DNA from: Oscillospiraceae bacterium
GTDB lineage: Bacteria; Bacillota; Clostridia; Oscillospirales; Oscillospiraceae
Reading direction: 5' to 3'
Length of the DNA stretch: 64,000 nucleotides
Assembly (NCBI GenBank): GCA_031261745.1
Contig: JAISJC010000083.1
Coordinates: 22,772-86,771 of the forward strand
Below, one piece after another: positions 18,141 to 27,520 of the stretch. Made by a program: the position numbers and the translations under genes. A model generated the notes under the pieces. That model was given only the letters and a program-made list of their open reading frames with translations, was not told the origin of the DNA and made no database searches. The stretch's first letter is position 1, and each line of letters begins with the position of its first letter.

Positions 18141-18331
18141 TTTGTGGACATTCCTTTCTTGCGCCGCTCGGCGCGGTTTCTCGGCTTTTCGTCTGCCCTA
18201 ACAAGTATAGGCTTCGCGGGTGCTACATCAAATCCATCGCTGATAATAACGCGAAATTGCTTATCAAGATTGGGGAAGTCTTGCTTAATAAAAGCGTACT
18301 CCTTTGATGTCATTACCAAAATATCCATCAC
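18137..18331 (-). CDS. Hypothetical small protein
   Basis: 64 aa ORF with a 4-nt overlap onto the downstream gene. Confidence 0.4.
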   Translation of the reverse strand: MMDILVMTSKEYAFIKQDFPNLDKQFRVIISDGFDVAPAKPILVRADEKPRNRAERRKKGMSTK

Positions 18332-18467
18332 TTACGCGTCTTTTTGCAGCCGCGCAATTTCCGTTTCCGATGCGGCGGCTTGTACACACGGATCGCCTTT
18401 GCCGGTTTCCACCCAAATCCGTCCACCAAATAATGGCTGCTCGGCAAGATTTTTTCATCTTTTCCTC

Positions 18468-18896
18468 TCATTCCAAATCCTCCTCGTCATCGCCATAGTC
18501 GCGCTCATAAAATTTCGGGTTGTCATAGATGTTGCCAACGACTTCCGGCACTCCACTTCCGTTATCTCCCCACCAATACGCCATTATCTGCGGCACGTCA
18601 TCGCGTTCTGTCTTAGCAAATCCGTTTGAGCAAACCGCGACAAATGCGCCCTCTGAAAACTGAACGAAGTATAGGTAGTTCGGATCCCTCAGAAACCGTA
18701 CAATGTCACCCTCGAATATCCGCTCACCGTTTTTATCATTGAAGCCTGTAAATTGCCCTACCGTCGCAGGGTCTACCTGCGGTCGTCGATTAGGCGCGTC
18801 GATACGCACGTCTGAACCGACTGACATTAGGTTTCCTTTCACCCACATACCGTTGTCTAAAGCTATACCCCGAAACAATATCTCACGCATTTTCAA
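18468..18896 (-). CDS. YopX family protein
   Basis: 142 aa with REILFRGIALDNGMWVKGNL...FEGDIVRF, the typical YopX pattern. Confidence 0.75.
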   Translation of the reverse strand: MKMREILFRGIALDNGMWVKGNLMSVGSDVRIDAPNRRPQVDPATVGQFTGFNDKNGERIFEGDIVRFLRDPNYLYFVQFSEGAFVAVCSNGFAKTERDDVPQIMAYWWGDNGSGVPEVVGNIYDNPKFYERDYGDDEEDLE

Positions 18897-19104
18897 TCAC
18901 TCCTTTCGCACATATTGCCGCTTCCCGCACAAAATCGTCGCAAACGAATTTATGCCCGAAGTTCAGCTTGTGTTTTTTGTTGCATCGCTTATCGGGTTCC
19001 TCGGGGCCGGTGACGAGTAGTTCACCGCGCGGGCAATGCCCACACACTAAGCAGATAATTTCCCTCGGTTTGCGCTTAACGCGCTGTACGACAACTTTTT
19101 TCAT
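18883..19104 (-). CDS. Small zinc-ribbon-like protein
   Basis: 73 aa with CLVCGHCPRG...C motifs. Overlaps both neighbours. Confidence 0.4.
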   Translation of the reverse strand: MKKVVVQRVKRKPREIICLVCGHCPRGELLVTGPEEPDKRCNKKHKLNFGHKFVCDDFVREAAICAKGVIENA

Positions 19105-19412
19105 TCCTTACTCCAATCAAGTCTCTGCCCGCAGTAGGGGCAATAGTCGGGGCGGTTCATTTTTTGCCCACGGTTGAATATTTCATAATCATTTATGCGT
19201 TGGCAGCAGAAGCAACCGCTATTTGACCATAAGATTGCGGATTGCGTAAGCGCAAAAGGCTGAACTGTTTCGGGTTTTATTCGCGCACCGCGTTTCTCTA
19301 CCGTTATCATATATTCTCGCCCGTCGTTGATATAATCCCCGACATAAAACCCAGTGACTTTTTGTGCGCTTTCGTACCGTTCAGCAGTTACGAGAAATCT
19401 GTATTCATTCAT
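19101..19412 (-). CDS. Zinc-finger hypothetical protein
   Basis: ATG 19412 preceded by SD GGGAGG. C-terminal CFCCQ...CPYCGQ motifs. Confidence 0.45.
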   Translation of the reverse strand: MNEYRFLVTAERYESAQKVTGFYVGDYINDGREYMITVEKRGARIKPETVQPFALTQSAILWSNSGCFCCQRINDYEIFNRGQKMNRPDYCPYCGQRLDWSKE

Positions 19413-19423
19413 CCCAAGCCTCC

Positions 19424-19783
19424 CTAATACCACTCGCCCACACGGACAATCCAAACCTCGAACCACCCCGGTAAATTCTTTCCGCTATTATCAAGGCGTT
19501 TTTTGCTGCCGAAATCCTCTACAACGTAGCCGCCACGCGGTGTGCCGTCGCCATCTAACCAGTCCGTGCGGACTTGGTACTTGCACCACCCGCTAATAAC
19601 ATCCGCTTCGGAGAGGTGCGCTCCAAGCTCCGGGTTGAGGCATTCGGGCGAGAGGTAATCTTTATCCACAATGAATTTCGGCACCTCCGCTTTATTCGGG
19701 CATAGGTCTTTTCGTATGATGTAAGCGTTTCCGTCGCCATCGTAATCCCAAGCGTTCCACTCAAATTTAGGCTTTCTGCTCAT
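19424..19783 (-). CDS. Hypothetical protein
   Basis: ATG 19783 preceded by SD GGGAGG, with ATGA overlap onto the upstream stop; 119 aa. Confidence 0.45.
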   Translation of the reverse strand: MSRKPKFEWNAWDYDGDGNAYIIRKDLCPNKAEVPKFIVDKDYLSPECLNPELGAHLSEADVISGWCKYQVRTDWLDGDGTPRGGYVVEDFGSKKRLDNSGKNLPGWFEVWIVRVGEWY

Positions 19784-20637
19784 TTTTCTACCTCCCACGG
19801 AAATTCTTGTATCAGCGGTTCGCCCCATATCACCCCGAGCGAGGATTTCATAAAGATTGGTACCAGTTCCCACCTCGCCGCATCGACAATATCCTCGACC
19901 CACCCACGCTGCGGAATTATCTTGTCTTTCCGATTGCCCGTTTCCGCTCCGATTATCAGCCAGTCGAAATAGGTTCTCTCGTAGTTGTCTGTTATCGACT
20001 CGTGCAGAGGTTCAATACTCGCAAAGGCATTTACACTCGGCGTGAGGGAGCCTATTGCGTCGCTCGCACGCTGCGCCGACACCTTATCCGTTATACTCGC
20101 GCCATACCAAAAGTTCTCGTAGCGAGGCAGTAACGCCATCTCGTCAAGGTCTTGGTACCGTCCCGGATTCTTTGTTAAAAACAGGTACCGATGCTGCGGA
20201 GCCGCCGCGCAAGCGTCAAATACGTCTTTTATCCACGAAGTCGGAACCCAACTCCCGAACAGGTCGCACATACTGCCGACAAATATCGTGCGCGGTTCTT
20301 TCCACTTTTGCGGTTCGTCGAGGCGATAGCGGTGGAGCGTCGGCTCAAAGCCGAACGGGTATGGGTCAATTTTGCCGTTTTGCGGGTTGCCGAGCGGCAC
20401 ATCTAACTCCTTTTTCAAGAAAACCTTGTCGGCTTGCTCTTTGGTGAACCTCGTTTCTCGGAGAATGCGACCGCGCGGATCGCTTGCTGTATTCTCGAAA
20501 TACGTCGCTTTCTGCGACAGACACGAACCGCCGAACCGCCGTGCCATACTCCGCGCGTAGCAATACTCGCAGTCGTGGCGGCAACCGGTGACGGGATTCC
20601 AAGAGGCATCAAAAGTTTCAATTTTCGTTTTATTCAT
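19780..20637 (-). CDS. Gp37/Gp68 family protein (DUF5131) with radical-SAM-type CxxxCxxC motif
   Basis: Begins [32 protein letters not shown] overlap with the HNH gene stop. Confidence 0.7.
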   Translation of the reverse strand: MNKTKIETFDASWNPVTGCRHDCEYCYARSMARRFGGSCLSQKATYFENTASDPRGRILRETRFTKEQADKVFLKKELDVPLGNPQNGKIDPYPFGFEPTLHRYRLDEPQKWKEPRTIFVGSMCDLFGSWVPTSWIKDVFDACAAAPQHRYLFLTKNPGRYQDLDEMALLPRYENFWYGASITDKVSAQRASDAIGSLTPSVNAFASIEPLHESITDNYERTYFDWLIIGAETGNRKDKIIPQRGWVEDIVDAARWELVPIFMKSSLGVIWGEPLIQEFPWEVEK

Positions 20638-21146
20638 TGCGCTTTTCCTCCCCACGTCCACGTTTTTCCTTTTGTGTTGTGACCACGAACATTTTTTCGT
20701 AATCTTCCCTTGCTGTCACGGCATTCAATACGTTGACCGCATCCGCAAGCGCAAAGAACTAACTCACGAGATAGCTTGCGAACTTTTTGATATTGAACTA
20801 ACCCCGTAGCCATTGCCGATTTCTGCTCCGATGTCATTTTCGACATATGCAAGCGTTTGTGTTCAGAGTTTCCGAGCATTTCAAGGTTTTCAATCCGATT
20901 ATCCGTTTTATCTCCGTTGATGTGGTGGACGTGTTCATCTTTTGTGAGAGGTCTCCCTAAATGGTTAGCCATTACCAAACGATGTTCAAAGACATAACCG
21001 CCCTTGCCGCTTTTATTAAATTTTGCCGCAGGGTATGTCGGCGCGTGTACCAATACATATCCCTGCTTTATATGAACCTTTTTTCGCGTAGGTGTGGTTT
21101 CCCACGGCGCGCTCGAATCGCGCCAGTCAATCTTTGTCTTGTTCAT
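20634..21146 (-). CDS. HNH endonuclease
   Basis: 170 aa with [26 protein letters not shown]. Confidence 0.8.
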   Translation of the reverse strand: MNKTKIDWRDSSAPWETTPTRKKVHIKQGYVLVHAPTYPAAKFNKSGKGGYVFEHRLVMANHLGRPLTKDEHVHHINGDKTDNRIENLEMLGNSEHKRLHMSKMTSEQKSAMATGLVQYQKVRKLSRELVLCACGCGQRIECRDSKGRLRKNVRGHNTKGKTWTWGGKAQ

Positions 21147-21160
21147 ATACCTGTAACCTC

Positions 21161-21544
21161 CTATGCGCCTGTTTTTTCTATTTTAATTATCCATTTCGCG
21201 GGGATTTTCCCTTGGTAGATGTACCAATTTTGATTGCCCGCCCACGCCGTTACAATTTTCTGCTGCTCGACAGGCAGATCCTTTACGAAAGCAACCGCCG
21301 TTTTGAGCTTCCGCAGTCTGCCCATCGGAATATCAACTGTGAGCCTGTACGCCGTTCGGCTGTACGGTATGAGGACGCTTGTCGCCCAACTCTGCGCCAT
21401 TGGATTTTCGTCAGCGGTAAGCCATTGAACCCCGTCAATAAACGACATATGCCCATCGCCGAGCAGTGGAAACTTTCCGAGCGTTAATCCGTTTCTCTGT
21501 ATACCCCCCACCATATGGGCGGGGCAGAAATGATAGAGTTTCAT
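21161..21544 (-). CDS. Hypothetical protein
   Basis: ATG 21544 overlaps the upstream stop (ATGA); 127 aa, begins [14 protein letters not shown]. Confidence 0.4.
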   Translation of the reverse strand: MKLYHFCPAHMVGGIQRNGLTLGKFPLLGDGHMSFIDGVQWLTADENPMAQSWATSVLIPYSRTAYRLTVDIPMGRLRKLKTAVAFVKDLPVEQQKIVTAWAGNQNWYIYQGKIPAKWIIKIEKTGA

Positions 21545-21927
21545 TCCCCGAACAACTCCTCTCGCATATCGGTGACCCTGTATTTGTGGGACGGCCAAAG
21601 TCCCGAATAATCCGCACTTTCCTTGTGACAGCAGAACGAACGGCATATGCTCGGTCGGTTTTCGTATATTCTGCAACGCTTGTCTTGTGACAGCAGCGGA
21701 CACGTCCAGTCAACGCCTATTTGCGGGATTTTTATAAACGTGTTCGACTTGATGTTCTCCTTTGCAACCATCGCTTTGAGCCGCGCCAGTTCATCCGATG
21801 TCATTGGCAGCATTCGGCTGCAACACTCGGCGCAGCTCACGCACTCGCCGTTTTGCGTGTAATCGGTTATTTTTTGATTCCCCTCGCGTATGGCGATAGC
21901 AATCGCCGCGCGTTCCAACGCATCCAC
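21541..21927 (-). CDS. YkgJ-family cysteine-cluster (zinc/iron-chelating) protein
   Basis: 128 aa with CVSCAECC...CPLLSQDKRCRIYENRPSICRSFCC. Confidence 0.6.
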   Translation of the reverse strand: MDALERAAIAIAIREGNQKITDYTQNGECVSCAECCSRMLPMTSDELARLKAMVAKENIKSNTFIKIPQIGVDWTCPLLSQDKRCRIYENRPSICRSFCCHKESADYSGLWPSHKYRVTDMREELFGE

Positions 21928-21930
21928 GCG

Positions 21931-22314
21931 CTACACCTCCGAATCTATATTGCCTATCCAACACCAATGCGCGTCGTCATAGCAGTCGTAACACATACTT
22001 TCGGGATTTTGTCGACCGTCCCATTCGTGAACACACACGTCGCAAACATTCGTAATTGCGCCGGGTTTCGCGGACAACACTCTACATAGCCGAACGATTC
22101 GCCGTCTTAATACCGCAACTTCTAATTTGAGCGAGTTTATTTCGTCGGGGTCATTATTTCTGTCCTCGTATGCGCCGAGTTTAGTGATCGCTTCGCCCAA
22201 AACGCCATTCACTTCTGCGCTCGTGAAATTTCCGAACAATGGCGGCAGTTTTTTCAGTTTGTATCCCTCGGTACCGGGAATATTTTCAGTCAACCGCACA
22301 TCATTGCTTTCCAT
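21931..22314 (-). CDS. Hypothetical protein
   Basis: 127 aa ORF, tightly packed, Cys-rich at the C-terminus. Confidence 0.4.
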   Translation of the reverse strand: MESNDVRLTENIPGTEGYKLKKLPPLFGNFTSAEVNGVLGEAITKLGAYEDRNNDPDEINSLKLEVAVLRRRIVRLCRVLSAKPGAITNVCDVCVHEWDGRQNPESMCYDCYDDAHWCWIGNIDSEV

Positions 22315-22817
22315 TATGCGTCCCCCATTGCTTCAAGGCACGTTATATAGTTCTGCTGCAAAGCCTCAAACGCCGCGCTCGTGCCGCCCGCGTCGGGATG
22401 TAACACTTTCGCCAGTCGGCGGTATTGCACCCTAACCTCCTCTGCCGTTGCCGGATGCTCGGTAAAGCCGAGAGCGATAAACCACGGGTCGAGGTGTGCG
22501 ACCGACTCCGGCAGCGATGGCAATCCGCTGATTATCGTTGCAAAGTCGTACAGTCCGCGCTCCGATGCCCGCGCCAAGTCCTCAAGCATAAGCACAATTC
22601 GCGCGAAAACGTCCGACACAGCGGTTATCTTTTCGCCACGGATCCTCGCGGCTTCAAGGCTGTCGGAAAAGTGGAACACGCGCCCCTTGCAGAGCAGCTC
22701 CACGAAACAGTCTTGACGCGTCCAGTCATAGTTAAATTTCTCGACTCCGAGCCGTGCCATTACTTTTTTGAGCTTCCCCTCATATTCGGGGAAACCGCCT
22801 GTATAGAACTTTGCCAT
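22314..22817 (-). CDS. J-domain (DnaJ-like) protein
   Basis: 167 aa. The C-terminal EEVRVQYRRLAKVLHPDAGG contains the HPD tripeptide. Confidence 0.6.
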   Translation of the reverse strand: MAKFYTGGFPEYEGKLKKVMARLGVEKFNYDWTRQDCFVELLCKGRVFHFSDSLEAARIRGEKITAVSDVFARIVLMLEDLARASERGLYDFATIISGLPSLPESVAHLDPWFIALGFTEHPATAEEVRVQYRRLAKVLHPDAGGTSAAFEALQQNYITCLEAMGDA

Positions 22818-22820
22818 AAT

Positions 22821-23615
22821 CTATTCCTCCCGTTTTAAGTGCCGAAACCTTTTTGCGTCGTTTTCCATAGTTTCAAACGTAATCGGCAGATTTGCCATAA
22901 GCACGTCGTTGAAGTCCTGCACATACTTCTTGACAATCTCAAAGCCGTATGCCTTGCGCCCGAGTAGTTCCGCGCAATACAGCGTCATTCCGCTGCCCGC
23001 GCAGGGGTCAATCACCACATCGCCTATATCGGTGAACGTCGTTATCAGTTTGTTAATGACGTGTTTCGACTTCTGCGTCGGGTGCAGCTTCGGCGTTTCG
23101 TTGTCGCGTACATAGTCAATGCAGTTGAACACCATTTCGCCGCCATTCCGAAACTTCGGCAGCTTGTCCCGATAAAGCAGTACGGCGTATTCGCAGTTCC
23201 CAACCACTTTCATATTCGCTTTCAGTACTTGCGCCGACCAGTTTTTACGAAAGACGAGGTTTATGTAGTGACCGAAACCGTACTTTTTCCCTTGCTCTAT
23301 CAGCATAAACTGTTGTTCAAATTCGCAGAACACTATCATACAGCCCGCGTCGGACTTGCTTTTCGGCTCCGGTTTCAACATACGATTTGCGAAGTGCATA
23401 AACTCCGCGATGTTAAAGTTGCTGTCGGTGTTAAAGAATTGTTTACCCGCGAACTCGCTCTTGCCGTTTGCGTTATCGCCGTCCTTGTACCACTTCGGGT
23501 TGCTTGCGTACGCGTTTATACCCAAATTAAAGGGGATGTCCGCGATGATGAGCTGCGCCTTGGGGATTTGATAGGTTTTGAAGTTTTGGAAACTATCGTG
23601 AAACAGTTCAGCCAT
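22821..23615 (-). CDS. DNA methyltransferase, amino-MTase (N6-A or N4-C), beta-class motif order
   Basis: 264 aa. Motif IV-like IIADIPFN lies near the N-terminus and motif I VIDPCAGSGMT near the C-terminus. Confidence 0.75.
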   Translation of the reverse strand: MAELFHDSFQNFKTYQIPKAQLIIADIPFNLGINAYASNPKWYKDGDNANGKSEFAGKQFFNTDSNFNIAEFMHFANRMLKPEPKSKSDAGCMIVFCEFEQQFMLIEQGKKYGFGHYINLVFRKNWSAQVLKANMKVVGNCEYAVLLYRDKLPKFRNGGEMVFNCIDYVRDNETPKLHPTQKSKHVINKLITTFTDIGDVVIDPCAGSGMTLYCAELLGRKAYGFEIVKKYVQDFNDVLMANLPITFETMENDAKRFRHLKREE

Positions 23616-23618
23616 TTT

Positions 23619-23798
23619 TTACTCATCCTCTTGGCAAGTGACGCACACGTCCTCCCACTCACCGTTTGTTTTGCGGCTTTTCCACCCCGCCGTCTTTTTT
23701 GCCTGCACCGCGTCGTAGAAGTCAAACCCGCCGTCAAGTTCCTCGCCGCAAATGTCACACGTTGGCGTGAATATCCCGCCGAACTTTTCAATGCTCAT
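23619..23798 (-). CDS. Small zinc-ribbon protein (below the ORF-track size cutoff)
   Basis: Read by hand as MSIEKFGGIFTPTCDICGEELDGG...DVCVTCQEDE. ATGA overlap with the MazG-like stop; fills the 180-nt gap. Confidence 0.35.
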   Translation of the reverse strand: MSIEKFGGIFTPTCDICGEELDGGFDFYDAVQAKKTAGWKSRKTNGEWEDVCVTCQEDE

Positions 23799-24232
23799 AC
23801 GATTTTCCCTCCGTGGCGGTACGGCCGCGACTTGTTGTACTCCATTTTCAAGCGCACAACTTCGTCAATGTCAATTCCCTCTGCCGCGCAGGTATCGAGT
23901 ATGCGTATCAAGCAATCAGCAAGTTCTACCGCCACGCCCTCGGGTTTTGCTTTCGCGCAATGTTCGCCTCTGCCGTTGCGGAAATGGCACGGACTCTTAT
24001 CGTCATCGCATAAATAGCTCTCCTTACCGACCGCGTCATTAAAAGTATCGCACCCGAAGTAAAGCATCGGTTTTCTGTCGCGGTACTCCTCCATAGCTTC
24101 CGAAAGTTCACCGACCATATTCATAAGCGCGGCCGGCAACGGCGGGTTTCCGTTTTCATACCACCCGTGGTCGATTGCGTTTTCGTGTATTTCACGAGCA
24201 AGTCTGCCGAACGCATTTTCATTACTGTTCAT
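23795..24232 (-). CDS. MazG-like nucleoside triphosphate pyrophosphohydrolase
   Basis: ATG 24232; 145 aa. Motifs MVGELSEAMEEYR and VAVELADCLIRILD, with a ...KMEYNKSRPYRHGGK tail. Confidence 0.65.
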   Translation of the reverse strand: MNSNENAFGRLAREIHENAIDHGWYENGNPPLPAALMNMVGELSEAMEEYRDRKPMLYFGCDTFNDAVGKESYLCDDDKSPCHFRNGRGEHCAKAKPEGVAVELADCLIRILDTCAAEGIDIDEVVRLKMEYNKSRPYRHGGKIV

Positions 24233-24590
24233 CGCTTTGATTCCTCCCGCTGTATTGCTCCGATAATTCCTTAAACGAAAACCACTTGTCCTCAATGAGG
24301 TTACCGATTTTTTCGATTACGCCTCCCAGGCCGGTATGTGCCACACGCACAAATGCCCCTTTCAGATCTTCCCACTTTTCGACGCCAACCGTGTCTAAAA
24401 TGCGGATGATGCATTCGGTTCCGAATGCTGTACCGACACGCCGCTTTTCGCCCGCGCTCCAAGAGTCAAGCGAATAACCCCCGAAAGAGCAACCACCCGA
24501 CGCGAACGTAATCGTCAGATATGCGGACAATATACCGTGGTCTTCAATGCCGAGCATCGTTGAGGTGATTTTCCCGTTTTCAATCGTCAT
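24222..24590 (-). CDS. Hypothetical protein
   Basis: 122 aa ORF overlapping both neighbours by a few nt. Confidence 0.4.
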   Translation of the reverse strand: MTIENGKITSTMLGIEDHGILSAYLTITFASGGCSFGGYSLDSWSAGEKRRVGTAFGTECIIRILDTVGVEKWEDLKGAFVRVAHTGLGGVIEKIGNLIEDKWFSFKELSEQYSGRNQSDEQ

Positions 24591-25462
24591 TTCTCCAACC
24601 GCTCCCTAAACGCCGCGCGAATTTTATTCGCCACAAGCTCGGTCTCCTCGCGCGTTCTGTAATAGTTTCCGTTCTTATAGCGGTCGTTATCAATGTAGAT
24701 ATGGGTATCGATCACGTCCATAACCGAGATGTAAAAGTCATCGGGGCCAGCAAAATAAACGCAATAATATGTGCCGCCATACTCCGCCCGCCACCTCGGC
24801 GACTCCACAGGTTCCCATTTATTGGTGTAGCTGTTAGCACAATCCGCACACGGATATTCATTCTCGCTTTTACCCTCATATTTACAAGTATCGCAACCAC
24901 GGGCATCTGCATCCTCGTCAGATGGCAGAGTGTCAGAGGAGCAGACTTCAAGGCAGGGCCGCCACCCGATGCGCGCGTACGCGGTCGACGACGTGTAGTT
25001 GTTCCAATAGCGGGCGGAGAAGTAGCCGCGAAGCGCGCGGTTCGCACTTGAAACGTAGTTGCTCGTCCACGAATAGCAATTATCCCAATTCATCAACGTT
25101 TCGTTCGGCACAACCCACTTATCCCATTCCTCGCTTGACAGCATACGCACCTTGCATTGCAACCAGTCAATAGTCGTTTCAACGCCCTCCACAAAGCCGT
25201 TTTCGTTCAGCGTATCCCACGATATGTCAACGAGGATATTTCGGTCAGCAATCAAATACCACTTTCCGTTCTCGCACACGGGGAGCCAATTAATCGCGGT
25301 ATCCGTATTCCCGCTGTCCGTGTCGCCAATGTCGATGTCGCCGCCATCATACGACGGAATATCTCCGTCGTTGCCGTAATACGGGTGTTCGGGATTCGGC
25401 ATCGGATGCCCGTCAATCCATAGTGTGCCGAGCGACACAATTTTCCCTTGCTCAAATTCCAT
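24587..25462 (-). CDS. Hypothetical protein with DUF1566-like segment and Cys-rich middle
   Basis: ATG 25462 lies 8 nt after SD GGAGGG. Contains a YSWTSNYVSS...YARIGWRPCLEV pattern. Confidence 0.45.
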   Translation of the reverse strand: MEFEQGKIVSLGTLWIDGHPMPNPEHPYYGNDGDIPSYDGGDIDIGDTDSGNTDTAINWLPVCENGKWYLIADRNILVDISWDTLNENGFVEGVETTIDWLQCKVRMLSSEEWDKWVVPNETLMNWDNCYSWTSNYVSSANRALRGYFSARYWNNYTSSTAYARIGWRPCLEVCSSDTLPSDEDADARGCDTCKYEGKSENEYPCADCANSYTNKWEPVESPRWRAEYGGTYYCVYFAGPDDFYISVMDVIDTHIYIDNDRYKNGNYYRTREETELVANKIRAAFRERLEK

Positions 25463-25898
25463 TGTCATTTCCCTCCAAGTCTTTAATATCAAACACGATT
25501 CCGACACAGAAAGAGTCGCCGTCGTCGTAAATCTTGAATACCTCGTGCGGTATGTCGGTTTCAAACGTCCATACCGCTTCCGCATCGGGCAGACACCAAC
25601 GGACAATTATCGTGCGGCTCCGCGCGAGTTCGCGCTTGTAGAACTTGCAATCCTCACACGCCTCCCTGTCATCGTATGGGCTTTCGAGAAACCCCTCTGC
25701 CGTGAGGTGGAGCGTTGTCCCCTCATACGCGCCGTATTCCTCGTTGAACGCGCCACGCACTTCTACGTTGTCGTCGCTGTACCCAAACATTACGACAAGC
25801 CCCGCCTCTTTTGCGGCTGCTTCCTCTGCCCGGGTGATTTCGTTCCCGTACTCGCGCCCATAGAGTATCTGCGCGAGTTCCTTTGCCGTCATTGCCAT
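25452..25898 (-). CDS. Hypothetical protein
   Basis: ATG 25898 preceded by SD AAAGGTGGA; 148 aa. Confidence 0.4.
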   Translation of the reverse strand: MAMTAKELAQILYGREYGNEITRAEEAAAKEAGLVVMFGYSDDNVEVRGAFNEEYGAYEGTTLHLTAEGFLESPYDDREACEDCKFYKRELARSRTIIVRWCLPDAEAVWTFETDIPHEVFKIYDDGDSFCVGIVFDIKDLEGNDNGI

Positions 25899-25900
25899 TT

Positions 25901-26587
25901 CTATTCCACCTTTCCGATATTCTCTTCTCCCGCATAGTTTTGAACCCAGTCTGTGCAAGTACCATTGAGCCGAACCTTTACCGGCGCGTCCTCGCGTCCG
26001 TCTTTTAACACAGCGCAGTACAACCCGACGAACGGATACGACATAAATTCCGTTTTCTTGGCCTGGGAGCCGTCGAGGTATAAAATTACGCCCACGCCCT
26101 CCGGCACGAGGTCTTTTATTTGCGGATACAGTTCGCGCGGCACGACGTAATAATTCAGATTGCCGACGAAGTTATGCCCGTTCTTGCTGCCGAAGTCCGC
26201 TTTCGTGATTTTGATTTCAAAGCAAACAACAAGGATTTTCGGTACACCGCGTTTTATTTGATGATTATCGCGGCATCGCGTGTGTTCACATTCCTCCGGC
26301 TCTTGCCCGGGCGGCACTCCCAACGCGCAATCGTGCGGGAAGTCTTTACCTCGGATCCCGCTGCGCTTGTACACCGGCCATCGGCAGCAGTTCCTATATT
26401 CAATATCTCCAAAGTATTCAAACACTTCGACAGCGTCCACTAAACCGAATCGCGTCGAGCCGCACTCCACGGGAACCTCAAATGCGATGTGCCGGCCACG
26501 AAACGGGTTAGTCTTGATGCCCCCGAGTACTGACGGACTGTAAGCGCGGAGCGCGTTCTCAATCGTAAGGGTTAGGTCTGTTTTCAT
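25901..26587 (-). CDS. PD-(D/E)XK nuclease-fold protein (MmcB-like)
   Basis: 228 aa with GLVDAVEV ... VVCFEIKITKADF, a D...ExK arrangement. Confidence 0.5.
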   Translation of the reverse strand: MKTDLTLTIENALRAYSPSVLGGIKTNPFRGRHIAFEVPVECGSTRFGLVDAVEVFEYFGDIEYRNCCRWPVYKRSGIRGKDFPHDCALGVPPGQEPEECEHTRCRDNHQIKRGVPKILVVCFEIKITKADFGSKNGHNFVGNLNYYVVPRELYPQIKDLVPEGVGVILYLDGSQAKKTEFMSYPFVGLYCAVLKDGREDAPVKVRLNGTCTDWVQNYAGEENIGKVE

Positions 26588-26759
26588 TTTGCCCTCCCTT
26601 TTTGTAGAGGTTCTCTAACACCTTCAAGCATAGTTGCAGAGCCTCCGTGCGCGTGAACCCCTGCGCGAGAAATGCTTTCATATAGGCTCCGAGTACTTCG
26701 CTAACGACTCCGATACCGTCAAGGATCCCTCTGATTTTCCCGTTTTCGTAGTCCGTCAT
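26559..26759 (-). CDS. Hypothetical small protein
   Basis: 66 aa ORF with a 4-nt overlap onto the upstream methylase ORF. Confidence 0.4.
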   Translation of the reverse strand: MTDYENGKIRGILDGIGVVSEVLGAYMKAFLAQGFTRTEALQLCLKVLENLYKKGGQNENRPNPYD

Positions 26760-27328
26760 CCCAACATCTCCCTAAATATCGCTTCGAGTATGTCCACGAC
26801 TATGGAATTTCCCGCTTGCTTGTAGAGCTGCGAATTGCTGTTGACCGCCGCTGCCTTGTCGAAGTCCTCGTCCAAAAAGCCCATAAGTCGCCACGTTTCT
26901 CGCGGGGTGAGTTTGCGTATTCGCAATGGCGGTTCGATTACCACATTGTCCTTTTGCACAGTCGTCACCGCGTTACTCGTGCCGCCCGGCTTAATCTCTA
27001 ACATCTGCTGCGTCGGTTCACCCGCGTTACGGCTTGTCGGGTCGTCGGGGTTGCGCCCGCGAATCGCGCCAATCGTCGGCTCCGCAACAAAGTTGTTGTT
27101 TTGCCACTTGCCGCCCGCCGTCAGCGTTGGACTTTGCTCGTAATTGACGCTCCCCGCGTTGAAGCCGTGCGGGCGGTTTATGATAACGGGTTCGACAATT
27201 TTGATTTCTTGATTGCCGCCGCCCTGTGTATGTATGGTTGGAGAAATATAATCGGCATCGTAAACCCGGCGGGATTGCTCTATCATTTTTGAATACCCCC
27301 CCCCGTTAGCATTCCGACACATCGGCAC
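26756..27328 (-). CDS. C5-MTase C-terminal part (TRD motifs, motifs IX and X)
   Basis: Motifs ISPTIHTQGGG, SPTLTAGG, RKLTPRETWRLMGF, GNSIVV. Start is GTG 27328 or ATG 27322, overlapping the middle frame by 23 nt. Confidence 0.65.
   Translation of the reverse strand: MPMCRNANGGGYSKMIEQSRRVYDADYISPTIHTQGGGNQEIKIVEPVIINRPHGFNAGSVNYEQSPTLTAGGKWQNNNFVAEPTIGAIRGRNPDDPTSRNAGEPTQQMLEIKPGGTSNAVTTVQKDNVVIEPPLRIRKLTPRETWRLMGFLDEDFDKAAAVNSNSQLYKQAGNSIVVDILEAIFREMLG
27296..27304 (-). repeat. Homopolymeric G9 tract inside the C-terminal MTase ORF
   Basis: Counted directly: C at 27296-27304, read as Gly-Gly-Gly. Confidence 0.95.
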
Positions 27329-27520
27329 TTGTTATGACTACCATAGGGATGTGCTTGTAGTCCGTCGCACTCAAACATTGCGAGATACCTCCAACTTTCA
27401 TAACGTCACCACTTTGATGCGGCTTCCCGTCGCGGCTAATATTGCCGCCTATTTCCACTCTCGGCGACGATGTCCCACATATGGCGGTCAACGCTTCCGC
27501 GTCCGCCGCTGCGGACTGTT

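Noticed and set aside
18332-18467. Possible ~55-aa ORF (MKKSCRAAIIWW…) with a good SD in the gap after the YopX gene
   Set aside because: It has an Arg-rich, non-protein-like composition and would overlap the 18137-18331 gene in another frame. The evidence is too weak to call it.
23061-24017. 318-aa plus-strand ORF across the methyltransferase and MazG-like genes
   Set aside because: It is antisense to two motif-bearing minus-strand genes in a uniformly minus-strand operon, and it has no recognisable domain.
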